Notes under the pieces: generated by a model
Told to the model about the DNA's origin: nothing
The model's input: the letters and a program-made list of their open reading frames with translations, nothing else
Database searches by the model: none
Shown: one piece after another, positions 43,540-51,876 of the stretch
How positions within the stretch are numbered: position 1 is the first letter of the stretch
Layout: each line of letters opens with the position of its first letter
Position numbers and translations under genes: made by a program
Assembly: GCA_964530075.1 (NCBI GenBank)
Contig: CAZGXU010000002.1
Coordinates: forward strand, 1,247 to 65,246
Source: an uncultured Thermotogae bacterium
GTDB taxonomy: Bacteria > Bipolaricaulota > Bipolaricaulia > UBA7950 > UBA9294
Direction of reading: 5' to 3'
DNA length: 64,000 nucleotides

Positions 43540-44833
43540 CCGCTGCTCCCCCTCGAGCAGGTAGCCGCTCAGAAGAAGCGTTGGTAGCTTGCGTGTTCTC
43601 GCCTTCGGCAAGAACACGTTTGGGAGAAGTGCTCTGCGCTTCTCTCGCCCTGATATCCGCGTCTTCACCGTTCACAGGAAACCGTGGGCTTCCCGTCACC
43701 TGCTCGCCTTCAGCAGGCATCGGACCGGGAGAAGCGTTGATAGCTTCTCCTCCCGCGCCTTCTTCCAGAAGGCGCGCAACCCAACTCCGTCTCTTCCACA
43801 ACGCGCAGCGCCCGTCGGTCTCGTCGAGCACGACGCCGCTGTCCAGGATCCTCTGCAGCAGCGGCGAGGCGAGGGCCTCCGCGAACGACGTCTCGTTGAG
43901 GTTCGTGTCGGAATAGGGAGAGAACGGGCACGGCTCGACGTCGCCGTAGGCGTTGATGTGGAGGAACCCCCGCCCGGCGGCGAGGCATCCGCCGAGCGCG
44001 ACCTCGTCGTGCGGAAAGGCGATGAACAACGCCGGCAGCGACCTCCGGTGGCGGGCGAGTCGCTCCTCGAGCTCGCGGACCTGAACCGGCTCGAGCTGCA
44101 GGTGATCGGTCCCAGGCTTCACCGGGACGTAGTTGATGTAGTAGAAGAGCCGGCATCCGCGCCGGATCAGGCCCTTGAGGTGGGCCTCGCTCGTCGCCAG
44201 GTCGAAGTTCTCGCGGGTCAACGTCGTCGACGTGCCGAAGAAGACGCGCCGCTTCCTGAGACGGGCCATCGTCTCGATGACGTATCGGTACGTACCGCCC
44301 CCGCGTCGATCGTCGGTCTGCGCTTCGCCTCCCTCGATGCTGAGGACGGGGACGACGTGCCGCTGCTCGCGAAGCCGGTCGATCGCGGCCCCGTCGACGA
44401 GGGAACCGTTGGTGAACAAAAGGAAGAGGATCTCGGGGAACCCGGCGGTGAAGGCCAGCAGGTTCTGGCGAAGGAGCGGCTCGCCGCCGGCGAGGAGGAT
44501 TACGGAGACGCCGAGATCGCGGACTTCGTCGAGGATGCCTCGTAGCCGGCGGTCGGAAACCTCCGGCCGGTCGGAGCGGTGAAGGAGTTTCGCGTAGCAC
44601 CCGGCGCAATCGAGGTTGCACCGATCCGTGATGCTGTAGACGACGAACGGCGGGACGTGGAGCCCCGCGGCCTCGTGACGATCGCGGAGCCGGGCCGCGC
44701 GTCGCTGCCTGCCGAGAAGCCGTAGCGCGTGGAACGCGAACCGCGGCTCGCGAACGGTGATCCGCGAGGCGGTCCGCAGGACGTCGAAGAGGGTCGCTTC
44801 GAAGGCGAGGGACGTCTGATGTTTCTCCGGCAT
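43532..44833 (-). CDS. Radical SAM protein with unusual repetitive C-terminal tail
   Basis: Internal ATG 44833 preceded by GGGGGAGG. CxxxCxxC motif in SITDRCNLDCAGCYA, GGEPLL, later HINAYGDVEPCPFSPYSD. The last ~80 codons coincide with the hairpin tract 43571-43776, so the true C-terminus is uncertain. Confidence 0.8.
   Translation of the reverse strand: MPEKHQTSLAFEATLFDVLRTASRITVREPRFAFHALRLLGRQRRAARLRDRHEAAGLHVPPFVVYSITDRCNLDCAGCYAKLLHRSDRPEVSDRRLRGILDEVRDLGVSVILLAGGEPLLRQNLLAFTAGFPEILFLLFTNGSLVDGAAIDRLREQRHVVPVLSIEGGEAQTDDRRGGGTYRYVIETMARLRKRRVFFGTSTTLTRENFDLATSEAHLKGLIRRGCRLFYYINYVPVKPGTDHLQLEPVQVRELEERLARHRRSLPALFIAFPHDEVALGGCLAAGRGFLHINAYGDVEPCPFSPYSDTNLNETSFAEALASPLLQRILDSGVVLDETDGRCALWKRRSWVARLLEEGAGGEAINASPGPMPAEGEQVTGSPRFPVNGEDADIRAREAQSTSPKRVLAEGENTQATNASSERLPARGGAADD
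43571..43776. repeat. Tract of five strong short hairpins built from degenerate repeated modules
   Basis: Hairpins at 43592-43618 (8+3 bp), 43624-43644 (9 bp), 43699-43717 (6 bp), 43728-43750 (8 bp) and 43754-43776 (10 bp). 17-nt direct repeat AGAAGCGTTGGTAGCTT (43574) / AGAAGCGTTGATAGCTT (43730). Recurrent cgccttc and gagaag words. Confidence 0.8.
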
Positions 44834-45263
44834 GGAGGCCTCCCCCGGGCTGACGGCTTGAGGGGATTGTAGTGGTCGGTCCGTCGAAATCAACGCGGGA
44901 TCGTGGTCCCCGGGCCGATCGATTCGATTCCGCAGTGACCTCGGACCTCCATCTCGCACCGGCACGTGTCGAACGTGCCGCGCGGACAAGCGGCCGGCAG
45001 ACGTCTGTCTTCTCCGACGGAGTGACGTTCCCGGAACGCACATGTCATGGTTCCTTGTGAGATCGGCGAGAAGTGACGCGGATTTCGCTGAGAAGGCGTG
45101 GCTGCGTATGATGGGCGTCGGGGTGGGTCTCCTCGATATTTCGGATGGCGAATCCATTCCGAGGCGGATATCGGGCGGATCCCGGTTCTCGTGCCGAGCC
45201 GGGATCCGAGGGGCGAAACGGGAAGCTTCCGCAAAGGGGGGGAAAGTGAGGGGGCAGCGCACG

Positions 45264-45911
45264 ATGATTCTCTTCGAAGGCAACATCGCCGCCGGCAAGA
45301 GCACCGTGGGTCGACGGCTGCACGAATCGGGGTTGTTCGGATTCATCGAGGAGCCGGTCGGGGCCTGGCAGAGGGACTTCGCGGCGAACCTGCTCGGCCT
45401 GTTTTACGAGGACCCGAAGCGATGGGCGTTCACGTTCCAGCTCGCCGCGTTCACGACGCGCGCGAAGACGTGGGACGAGGTCCTGGTGATGATCGACCAC
45501 CGCGCGGTCGTCCTCGAGCGGTCGATCTACTGCGATCGCTACGTCTTCGCGAAGAACTGCTATCAGTCCGGGCTGATGTCGGAGTCGGAGTGGCAGATCT
45601 ACTGTCGGATGTGGGACTGGCTTCAGACCAACTGGTGCGCCGAGCCGGACAAGATCGTCTATTTGCGCACGCCGGCCGAGGTCTGCCACGAGCGGATCGA
45701 AGAGCGGGGGCGCAACGAGGAGAACAAGATCACGCTCGAGTACCTGCACGATCTGGAGGTCCTGCACGACGAGTGGCTGCTCGATAACCCGCTGGCCGTC
45801 GTAGTTGACGGCTGCAAGCAGTGGCAGGCACAGGACATCTACGAGCTCCTCCAACGCGAGGGCGTCGCGCTGACGACGCGCGAGGAGACTGTCGCGACTC
45901 CAACTGAGTAG
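45264..45911 (+). CDS. Deoxynucleoside kinase (dAK/dGK family)
   Basis: Internal ATG 45264. P-loop MILFEGNIAAGKST, ERSIYCDRYVF, LID region YLRTPAEVCHERIEERGRNEE. Confidence 0.85.
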   Translation: MILFEGNIAAGKSTVGRRLHESGLFGFIEEPVGAWQRDFAANLLGLFYEDPKRWAFTFQLAAFTTRAKTWDEVLVMIDHRAVVLERSIYCDRYVFAKNCYQSGLMSESEWQIYCRMWDWLQTNWCAEPDKIVYLRTPAEVCHERIEERGRNEENKITLEYLHDLEVLHDEWLLDNPLAVVVDGCKQWQAQDIYELLQREGVALTTREETVATPTE

Positions 45912-46207
45912 CGGATAGGATCACAACCCCCACGAAGGGGGAAGGCATAGCGATCCTTTCCTCCACTTCGTCTTCGCGACGCAGCAGGTCGCGCGACCGT
46001 CACAGCGCCCACCGAGCGAACGCGGAATGCGTGCAAACCGAATGAAGAGCACAGACCCGACCCTTCGTCCACGTGACGCGGAGCGTCGCGCTGGCTGTCC
46101 CAAGTGCCGGGTTCTTGTCGGCGCGAAGGCTGAGTAGCGGAGGGAGGCCGGGTCCACGATCGGCGGACCGGCCGGTCGCTCGACAAATCCGCTATAATCG
46201 CGGCGAT

Positions 46208-47695
46208 ATGGCTGTTCTGAACAGGATCGGGAAAGTACGGAAGCGGAATCACGCGTTGGTCACGTTCGACCAGGATCGAATCGTTCACGCGATCCGGCGG
46301 GCCGGCGACTCGGTGAGCGGCTTCGCCCAAGACTACCTACCCGGGGTCAACGACCGGATCTTCGCCGCCGGCGGCACCGACGACGGCATCGCCGAGATGC
46401 TCTCGGATCTCGTCGTCGTCTGCCTCAACGCCGATCCCAAGCACCTCGTGACGAACTTCCCTCCGACGGTGGAGGAGATCCAGGACGTCGTCCTTCATGT
46501 GCTCACGAGCAACGGATTCACGACCGTCGCCGATGCGTATACATGCTTCCGCTGGGGGCATCATTGGGTCCGGCAGGGTGCGATCGGCGAGGAGCAGTTC
46601 GTCGGGCACGGGTATCCGGCCGAGTCGATGGAGCCGCTCCTCGCCTGGAACCACGAACGTGAGTGCGACACCGTGGAGGGGCTGAACGAAATCGTCCGGA
46701 GCGGCCGCCTCGGTTCGCTGATCGAGGAGTCGCTCGACCGCTTCGAAGGGTGGCTCGATGACGCGGCCCGCGACGTCGTCGCCCGGATGGACGGCGGCGA
46801 CGAGATCCGCATGATCTGGATCAGCGGTCCGTCCTCATCGGGGAAGACGACGGCGACGGTCAAGCTGACAGAGCGGCTCCGTCGCGAGGGGCTGGAGTTC
46901 CTGATGCTCAACCTCGACGACTACTTCTGGTCGCTGATCGAGCATCCGACGGACTGGATCGACGATCGGAACTACGAGACGCCGGAGGCGCTCGACATCC
47001 AGCTGCTCAACGAGCACCTCCGCGCGCTCCTCAAGGGGGAGACGGTCAAGAAGCCGGTCTACAACTTCAAGACCGGGCGGAGGGACGGGACGACGCCGGT
47101 GAAGCTGGAGTCGGACCAGGTCCTCCTGCTCGATTGCCTCCACGGTTTCTATCCGCCGATCACCGAGGACGTCGATCCCTCGTGCATGTTCCGGGTCTAC
47201 ATCGAGGCGATGAACCCGCTGTACGAGCCGATCCCGATGATCCCGCTCTATCAGGGGGATCGGTTCGATCGCCGCCTGACGCGGTTCGAGGACGTTCGCC
47301 TGATGCGGCGCAGCCTGCGCGACGTGAAGCATCGGGACCACCCGCCGCTGGCGACGATCCTGCACTGGCACTACGTCCGCGCCGGGGAGATGTTCTCGAT
47401 CATCCCGCTGAAGGGGCTCGCCGACTGCGTCATCAACGGTGGCATGCCGTTCGACCTGCCCGTGCTCAAGCCGTTCTTCGACGGGGAGGGCGGGATCTGG
47501 CCGGACGAGAAGGACCTGAGCTCCTACCCGTCGTACCTCGATGCGTACATCCGGCATCGCCGGATCCGCGCCCTTCTGGACTCGGTCGTCGGGATCACGC
47601 TCGAGCAGGCCGACGATCGTCGACTGATCCCGGGCGACGCCGTCGTCCGCGAGTTCATCGGGAACAGCACGCTGGCGATTCCGCACAACGAGTAG
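46208..47695 (+). CDS. ATP-cone domain fused to a uridine-kinase/PRK-like P-loop kinase
   Basis: Internal ATG 46208. ATP-cone VRKRNHALVTFDQDRIVHAIRRA. P-loop IWISGPSSSGKTT, LNLDDYF, LLLDCLHG. Confidence 0.75.
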   Translation: MAVLNRIGKVRKRNHALVTFDQDRIVHAIRRAGDSVSGFAQDYLPGVNDRIFAAGGTDDGIAEMLSDLVVVCLNADPKHLVTNFPPTVEEIQDVVLHVLTSNGFTTVADAYTCFRWGHHWVRQGAIGEEQFVGHGYPAESMEPLLAWNHERECDTVEGLNEIVRSGRLGSLIEESLDRFEGWLDDAARDVVARMDGGDEIRMIWISGPSSSGKTTATVKLTERLRREGLEFLMLNLDDYFWSLIEHPTDWIDDRNYETPEALDIQLLNEHLRALLKGETVKKPVYNFKTGRRDGTTPVKLESDQVLLLDCLHGFYPPITEDVDPSCMFRVYIEAMNPLYEPIPMIPLYQGDRFDRRLTRFEDVRLMRRSLRDVKHRDHPPLATILHWHYVRAGEMFSIIPLKGLADCVINGGMPFDLPVLKPFFDGEGGIWPDEKDLSSYPSYLDAYIRHRRIRALLDSVVGITLEQADDRRLIPGDAVVREFIGNSTLAIPHNE

Positions 47696-47742
47696 CGCGT
47701 GATCGCGGCTCCGCTTACCCTACTCCCCGAGGGAATAAGACG

Positions 47743-48726
47743 ATGCCTGCCAACCTGACGCCGGAGTTCCTCAAAGCCCGAAAGCGTCTCCGGTATGCGA
47801 AGGAGCCCGACGAGAAGCTCGCCATTCTGGAGGAGATGCTGGCGACGATCCCCAAGCACAAGGGGACCGACAAGATGCAGGCGGACATCAAACGCCGCAT
47901 CGCCAAGCTGAGAGAGAGCCAATCCCAGGTCAAGCGCGGCGGCAAGGCGTCCGGGCACGACCACGTGCCCCGCGAGGGGGCCGGCCAGGTCGCGCTGATC
48001 GGGCCGCCGAACACGGGGAAGTCGAGCCTCCTCACTGCGCTGACCAACGCGCGGCCCGAGGTCGCCGAATACCCGTTCTCGACGCTGGTGCCGATCCCCG
48101 GGATGATGGCGTTCGAGGACGTCTCGATCCAGCTGCTCGACCTGCCGCCGATCACGCCGGAGTACACCGAGCCGTGGGTCTACAACCTGATCCGAGGCTG
48201 CGATCTGGGGCTCGTCGTCGTCGACGCGAGCGACGGGGAGCTGATCCGTGACGAGCTGGACGAGCTGCGCGTCCTCCTCGAGGAAAAGCACCTCAGGCTC
48301 GTCGCGGAGAAGGGCGGGGAGGTCGACGAGTGGATCGTGGAGATTCCGACGCGGATCGTCCTCAACAAGGTCGACCTGACGAAGGCGGAGACCGTCGATG
48401 CACTCGCCGCGGGGATGTCGCTTCCCGTCCTCCGCGCGTCCGTCGGGACCGGTGTCGGACTGGACGGGCTGAGAAGGGCGATCTTCAAGGCGCTGCGCGT
48501 CGTCCGGATCTACACGAAGCTGCCCGGCAGGAAGCCCGACATGACGGAGCCGTACACGCTTCCGCGCGGGAGCACCGCGCTCGACGCGGTCCAGACCGTC
48601 CACCGCGACTTCGTCGAGCGGTTGAAGTATGTGCGGATCTGGGGATCGGGCCGTTTCGAAGGGCAAAAGGTGCCGGCCGACCACCCCCTCGAGGACGGCG
48701 ACGTCATCGAGATCCACCTCCGGTAG
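47743..48726 (+). CDS. DRG/Rbg-like Obg-family GTPase with C-terminal TGS domain
   Basis: Internal ATG 47743. N-terminal helical segment TIPKHKGTDKMQADIKRRIAKLRE, G1 GPPNTGKSSLL, G2 YPFSTL, G3-like LLDLPP, G4 LNKVD, TGS VRIYTKLPGRKPD..VHRDFVERLKYVRIWGSGRFEGQKV..LEDGDVIEI. Confidence 0.8.
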   Translation: MPANLTPEFLKARKRLRYAKEPDEKLAILEEMLATIPKHKGTDKMQADIKRRIAKLRESQSQVKRGGKASGHDHVPREGAGQVALIGPPNTGKSSLLTALTNARPEVAEYPFSTLVPIPGMMAFEDVSIQLLDLPPITPEYTEPWVYNLIRGCDLGLVVVDASDGELIRDELDELRVLLEEKHLRLVAEKGGEVDEWIVEIPTRIVLNKVDLTKAETVDALAAGMSLPVLRASVGTGVGLDGLRRAIFKALRVVRIYTKLPGRKPDMTEPYTLPRGSTALDAVQTVHRDFVERLKYVRIWGSGRFEGQKVPADHPLEDGDVIEIHLR

Positions 48727-48829
48727 GCTCCCGCGCGGCCTGACCGCCCGCGGAGTTGCGCCGGGCGCGGACGCGTCGGTACTCTCTCGGCGGTCAGCAG
48801 GATTCCGACGAAGGACTGGTGGTGAGACG

Positions 48830-49591
48830 ATGATCCGAATCGAGGGGAGGGGACACGGGCGAGGGATTATCATCGACTCGAAGGCGCTCGAGGATCCGAA
48901 CTTGTCGTTCCGGGCGAAGGGGCTCCTCGCCTACCTCCAGTCGTTGCCGCGCGGCTTCACCTCCGACGCCAAGAGCCTGGAGAAGATCTCGCTCGAGAAG
49001 AAGGCGGCGATTCGAACGGCGCTCAAGGAACTGATCGACGGCGGGTACGTGACGCGGATCGAGCATCGCGCCGCTGGCGGGTCGGACTCCGACAGCGACG
49101 TTCAGACGGTCGGCCCCGGTCCTCTGATGGACAGCCTGTTCGGCGAGTTCCCGGCGCCGAGCGGGCTCTCGGGGCGGCCCGCGGCGGCGGCGAAGAGAGA
49201 TGAATCGCGGGAGCAGGTCCAACGGGTTATCGACCACCTGAACAGGCTCCGGGAGCGAAGCTGGGACTGGGCGCAATACACGCCGCTGTCGGCGAAGTAC
49301 GCCAAGAACGTCGAGCACATCAACGGGCGGCTGCGGGACGGGTACGCCGAGGAGGACCTGATCCTCGTCCTCGACTATTTGGCCGCGACGGACGGAGGGA
49401 AGGAGGAGTCGCGGCGCTACTTCAACTGCGTGACGCCGTTCAACACGAAGAACTTCGAGAGGAATCTCGCGATGGCGCGGGAGTGGGAAGCGAGGGGTAG
49501 GCCAGTGGGGCAAAGGCGTCGAGCGTCTCACATCGAGCAGAGCCACGATCCCGAGATCTACGAACGAAGAGTCATAGGGGGCAAGAAGTGA
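48830..49591 (+). CDS. DnaD/replisome-organizer-like protein (wHTH N-domain + phage-type conserved C-terminal domain)
   Basis: Internal ATG 48830. LSFRAKGLLAYLQSLPRGF..AIRTALKELIDGGYVTRIE (winged helix). C-terminus VIDHLNRLRERSW..INGRLRDGYAEEDLILVLDY..YFNCVTPFNTKNFERNL resembles the conserved phage C-terminus domain (TIGR02220-like). Confidence 0.65.
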   Translation: MIRIEGRGHGRGIIIDSKALEDPNLSFRAKGLLAYLQSLPRGFTSDAKSLEKISLEKKAAIRTALKELIDGGYVTRIEHRAAGGSDSDSDVQTVGPGPLMDSLFGEFPAPSGLSGRPAAAAKRDESREQVQRVIDHLNRLRERSWDWAQYTPLSAKYAKNVEHINGRLRDGYAEEDLILVLDYLAATDGGKEESRRYFNCVTPFNTKNFERNLAMAREWEARGRPVGQRRRASHIEQSHDPEIYERRVIGGKK

Positions 49592-50274
49592 TCCGAGGCG
49601 CACCGATCGGTAAGCGGTTTGAGCATTGTGCGTTCGACAATTTCGACGTGACGGATGAGAATCGGGACGCCTTCGAAGCCTGTAAGTGCGTCGTCGAGAC
49701 CGGAGAAACGGGCGTGCTCATCCGCGGGAAACATGGGCTCGGGAAGACACACCTGTTGGTCGCGATGATGAAGGAGTACGATCGCAGGCACTCGGTTGTT
49801 CCACCTAAGCAGCCGGCAGAGGGTGGAATGATCGCGGTTTCATCGGCGAGCGAAATCATCCGGACGGCCGAGCGCGAGATCGACGAGAGCGGAGATCCGC
49901 CGTCGCTTGTGCCCGACGAGATCGAGCGACAGGCTCACGTCGAGTACTGGCCGATGCTGGACCTGACGAGCGAGCTTCGATCGGACATTGCGCACGGCTC
50001 TCAGGAGACATCGCGCCGGTGCCGCGAGTGCGATCTCCTCGTGTTGGACGACTTCGGGGCGGAACGTGCGACGGAATTCGTGTTGGAGGAGCTGGAGAGG
50101 ATCGTCGATTGGCGCTATCGGACGGTGAAGCTGATGGCCGTCGCGACGAACCTGCTGACCTTCCAAGCGATCATCGCCAAGTACGGCTCGCGGGCGATCT
50201 CACGTTGGATGGGATCGTGCGCGGTCGTGGCCGTAGGGGGGGAAGACCGGCGCGCATCGATGGGGCCGAGCTAG
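49588..50274 (+). CDS. DnaC/IstB-like AAA+ helicase-loader ATPase
   Basis: GTGA overlap with the upstream gene. Walker A GKHGLGKTHLL, Walker B LLVLDDFG, sensor ATNL. Confidence 0.75.
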   Translation: MIRGAPIGKRFEHCAFDNFDVTDENRDAFEACKCVVETGETGVLIRGKHGLGKTHLLVAMMKEYDRRHSVVPPKQPAEGGMIAVSSASEIIRTAEREIDESGDPPSLVPDEIERQAHVEYWPMLDLTSELRSDIAHGSQETSRRCRECDLLVLDDFGAERATEFVLEELERIVDWRYRTVKLMAVATNLLTFQAIIAKYGSRAISRWMGSCAVVAVGGEDRRASMGPS

Positions 50275-50321
50275 CCGGGAGGGCCCCCCGACCGATCGGG
50301 CTCCGCCGATCGATTGGAAGC

Positions 50322-51626
50322 CTAAAACCAGCCGAGATGGACGGCGACGAGGATCGCGATCGTTCCCAGCCCGCAGCTGGCGAGGGCGACGAGCGATCCG
50401 CTCGCGAGCCAGCGTCGGAGGGTGAGCTTTTCGCCGAGCGACTCGGACATCGAGACGATCACGACGTTGGCCGCCGAACCGACGGGCGTCAGATTCGCCC
50501 CGAACCCTACGCCGATCGCCAGCGCCCACCACAGCGGAGCGACATCGATTCCGTGCGTCGCCAGTCCCTTGAAGATCGGAAGCATGACGATCGTGAACGG
50601 GACGTTGCTGATCACGCCCGAGGCGAAGGCCGCCCCCCACAGGACGACGAGGATCGGAACGTAGAGCCCGTGCTCGGCCAGGGCCGCGATTCCGCGGCCG
50701 AGGAAACCGATCGCGCCGCTCGCCTCGAGGCCGCCGACGATGATGAACAGGGAGATAAAGAAGATCAGCACGTCCCAGTGGATGTCCTTCAGGATCCTGT
50801 CGAAATCCGGGCGGACCCACAGCAGCCCGACGCACGCGCCGATCAGGGCGACAAGGCCCGGTTGGAGGAAGATCGCCTCGTGAACGAAGAAGAGCAGGAT
50901 CGTGATCGAAAGGGTGATCAGCATCCGCCTCGTGGTCAGCGGATCGACGATGGCGCGCCGCTCGTCCATCCCGAGGAGGCGGTCCACGCTCGCCGGACGC
51001 CGTGTCAGCTCGCGGCGGAAGACGAGCATGAGGACCCCCTGTGCGGCGCCCCACACGAGGACGACGATCGGAGCCAGATGGGTGAGGAAGTCGACGAAGC
51101 CGAAGCCGGCGGCGGACCCGATCAGGATGTTCGGAGGGTCACCGATCAGCGTCGCGACGCCGCCGATGTTCGACAGGAGGACCTCGGCTATCAGAAACGG
51201 CAGCGGGGAGATCCCGAGGATGTCGGCGATGGAGACCGTCACCGGCACGACGATGATGATCGTCGTGACGTTGTCGAGGACCATGGAGACGACGGACGTG
51301 ACCAGGCCGAGGTAGACGAGGAGCAACCAGGGGCGCCCCTTCGCCAGTTTGGCCGCGCGAATGGCGAGGTATTGAAAGAACCCGGTTTCCCGGAAGAGAC
51401 CGACGACGATCATCATCCCCATCAGGAGCGTGATCGTGTCGTAATCGACCGACAGAACGGCGTCGTGGGTGCTGTAGAAGGAGAACCAGGTTCCGAGCGC
51501 GATCATCAACGCAGCGCCGGACAGAGCGACGATGGCGCGGTGGACGCGTTCCAGGAAGATCCCGATGTAGGTAAGCGCGAAGGGGATGAGAGACATGACT
51601 AACGGAGTGATTGCGACCGGGTCCAT
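50322..51626 (-). CDS. ArsB/NhaD-superfamily (CitMHS-like) ion transporter
   Basis: 434 aa, ~12 TM, duplicated-half architecture with GDPPNILIG and ANLTPVGSAANVV hairpin-like motifs. Confidence 0.78.
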   Translation of the reverse strand: MDPVAITPLVMSLIPFALTYIGIFLERVHRAIVALSGAALMIALGTWFSFYSTHDAVLSVDYDTITLLMGMMIVVGLFRETGFFQYLAIRAAKLAKGRPWLLLVYLGLVTSVVSMVLDNVTTIIIVVPVTVSIADILGISPLPFLIAEVLLSNIGGVATLIGDPPNILIGSAAGFGFVDFLTHLAPIVVLVWGAAQGVLMLVFRRELTRRPASVDRLLGMDERRAIVDPLTTRRMLITLSITILLFFVHEAIFLQPGLVALIGACVGLLWVRPDFDRILKDIHWDVLIFFISLFIIVGGLEASGAIGFLGRGIAALAEHGLYVPILVVLWGAAFASGVISNVPFTIVMLPIFKGLATHGIDVAPLWWALAIGVGFGANLTPVGSAANVVIVSMSESLGEKLTLRRWLASGSLVALASCGLGTIAILVAVHLGWF

Positions 51627-51814
51627 CCGTCGACCATCTCGCGTTCAGAGGATCCCCGATCCTACCGGCAACGAGATTTCGGTGCAATTCTCCGACGGTG
51701 GCTGAGATCGCGGCTGCAATAGCACTTCGCGGGGATCACGACGAGCGGGTCGGGCGGGTGACGGTGAACCCACTCATCGGGAGCGATTCGAGAAAGCGCG
51801 CTCGGAGATCGCAG

Positions 51815-51844
51815 ACGGCGGGCGCCCTTGCGGGCGCCCGCCGT
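51815..51844. terminator. Perfect 13-bp GC hairpin (terminator/attenuator candidate)
   Basis: acggcgggcgccc ttgc gggcgcccgccgt. It lies 32 nt after the stop of the small minus-strand ORF and ~190 nt upstream of the transporter start. Confidence 0.5.
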
Positions 51845-51876
51845 GACTCCTCTGCGAAGGAGGCGCGCGGTGCTGG

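Noticed and set aside
43571-43776. Possibility that the hairpin-repeat tract is a small CRISPR array
   Set aside because: The repeats are degenerate, of two different types and irregularly spaced (no constant repeat/spacer period). There are no cas genes nearby.
44834-45346. 171-aa N-terminal extension of the radical SAM ORF, and the similar extensions of the dNK (45042), ATP-cone kinase (46073), GTPase (47134) and DnaD-like (48629) ORFs
   Set aside because: The extensions are Arg/Pro/Ser-rich and lack homology-like sequence. Each internal ATG has an SD or gives a canonical family N-terminus, for example the P-loop right after the dNK start.
48830-50274. Calling the DnaD-like/DnaC-like pair a prophage or mobile element
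   Set aside because: No integrase, structural genes, tRNA-adjacent att site or flanking direct repeats are visible, and composition looks like the neighbours. It is reported only as a finding.
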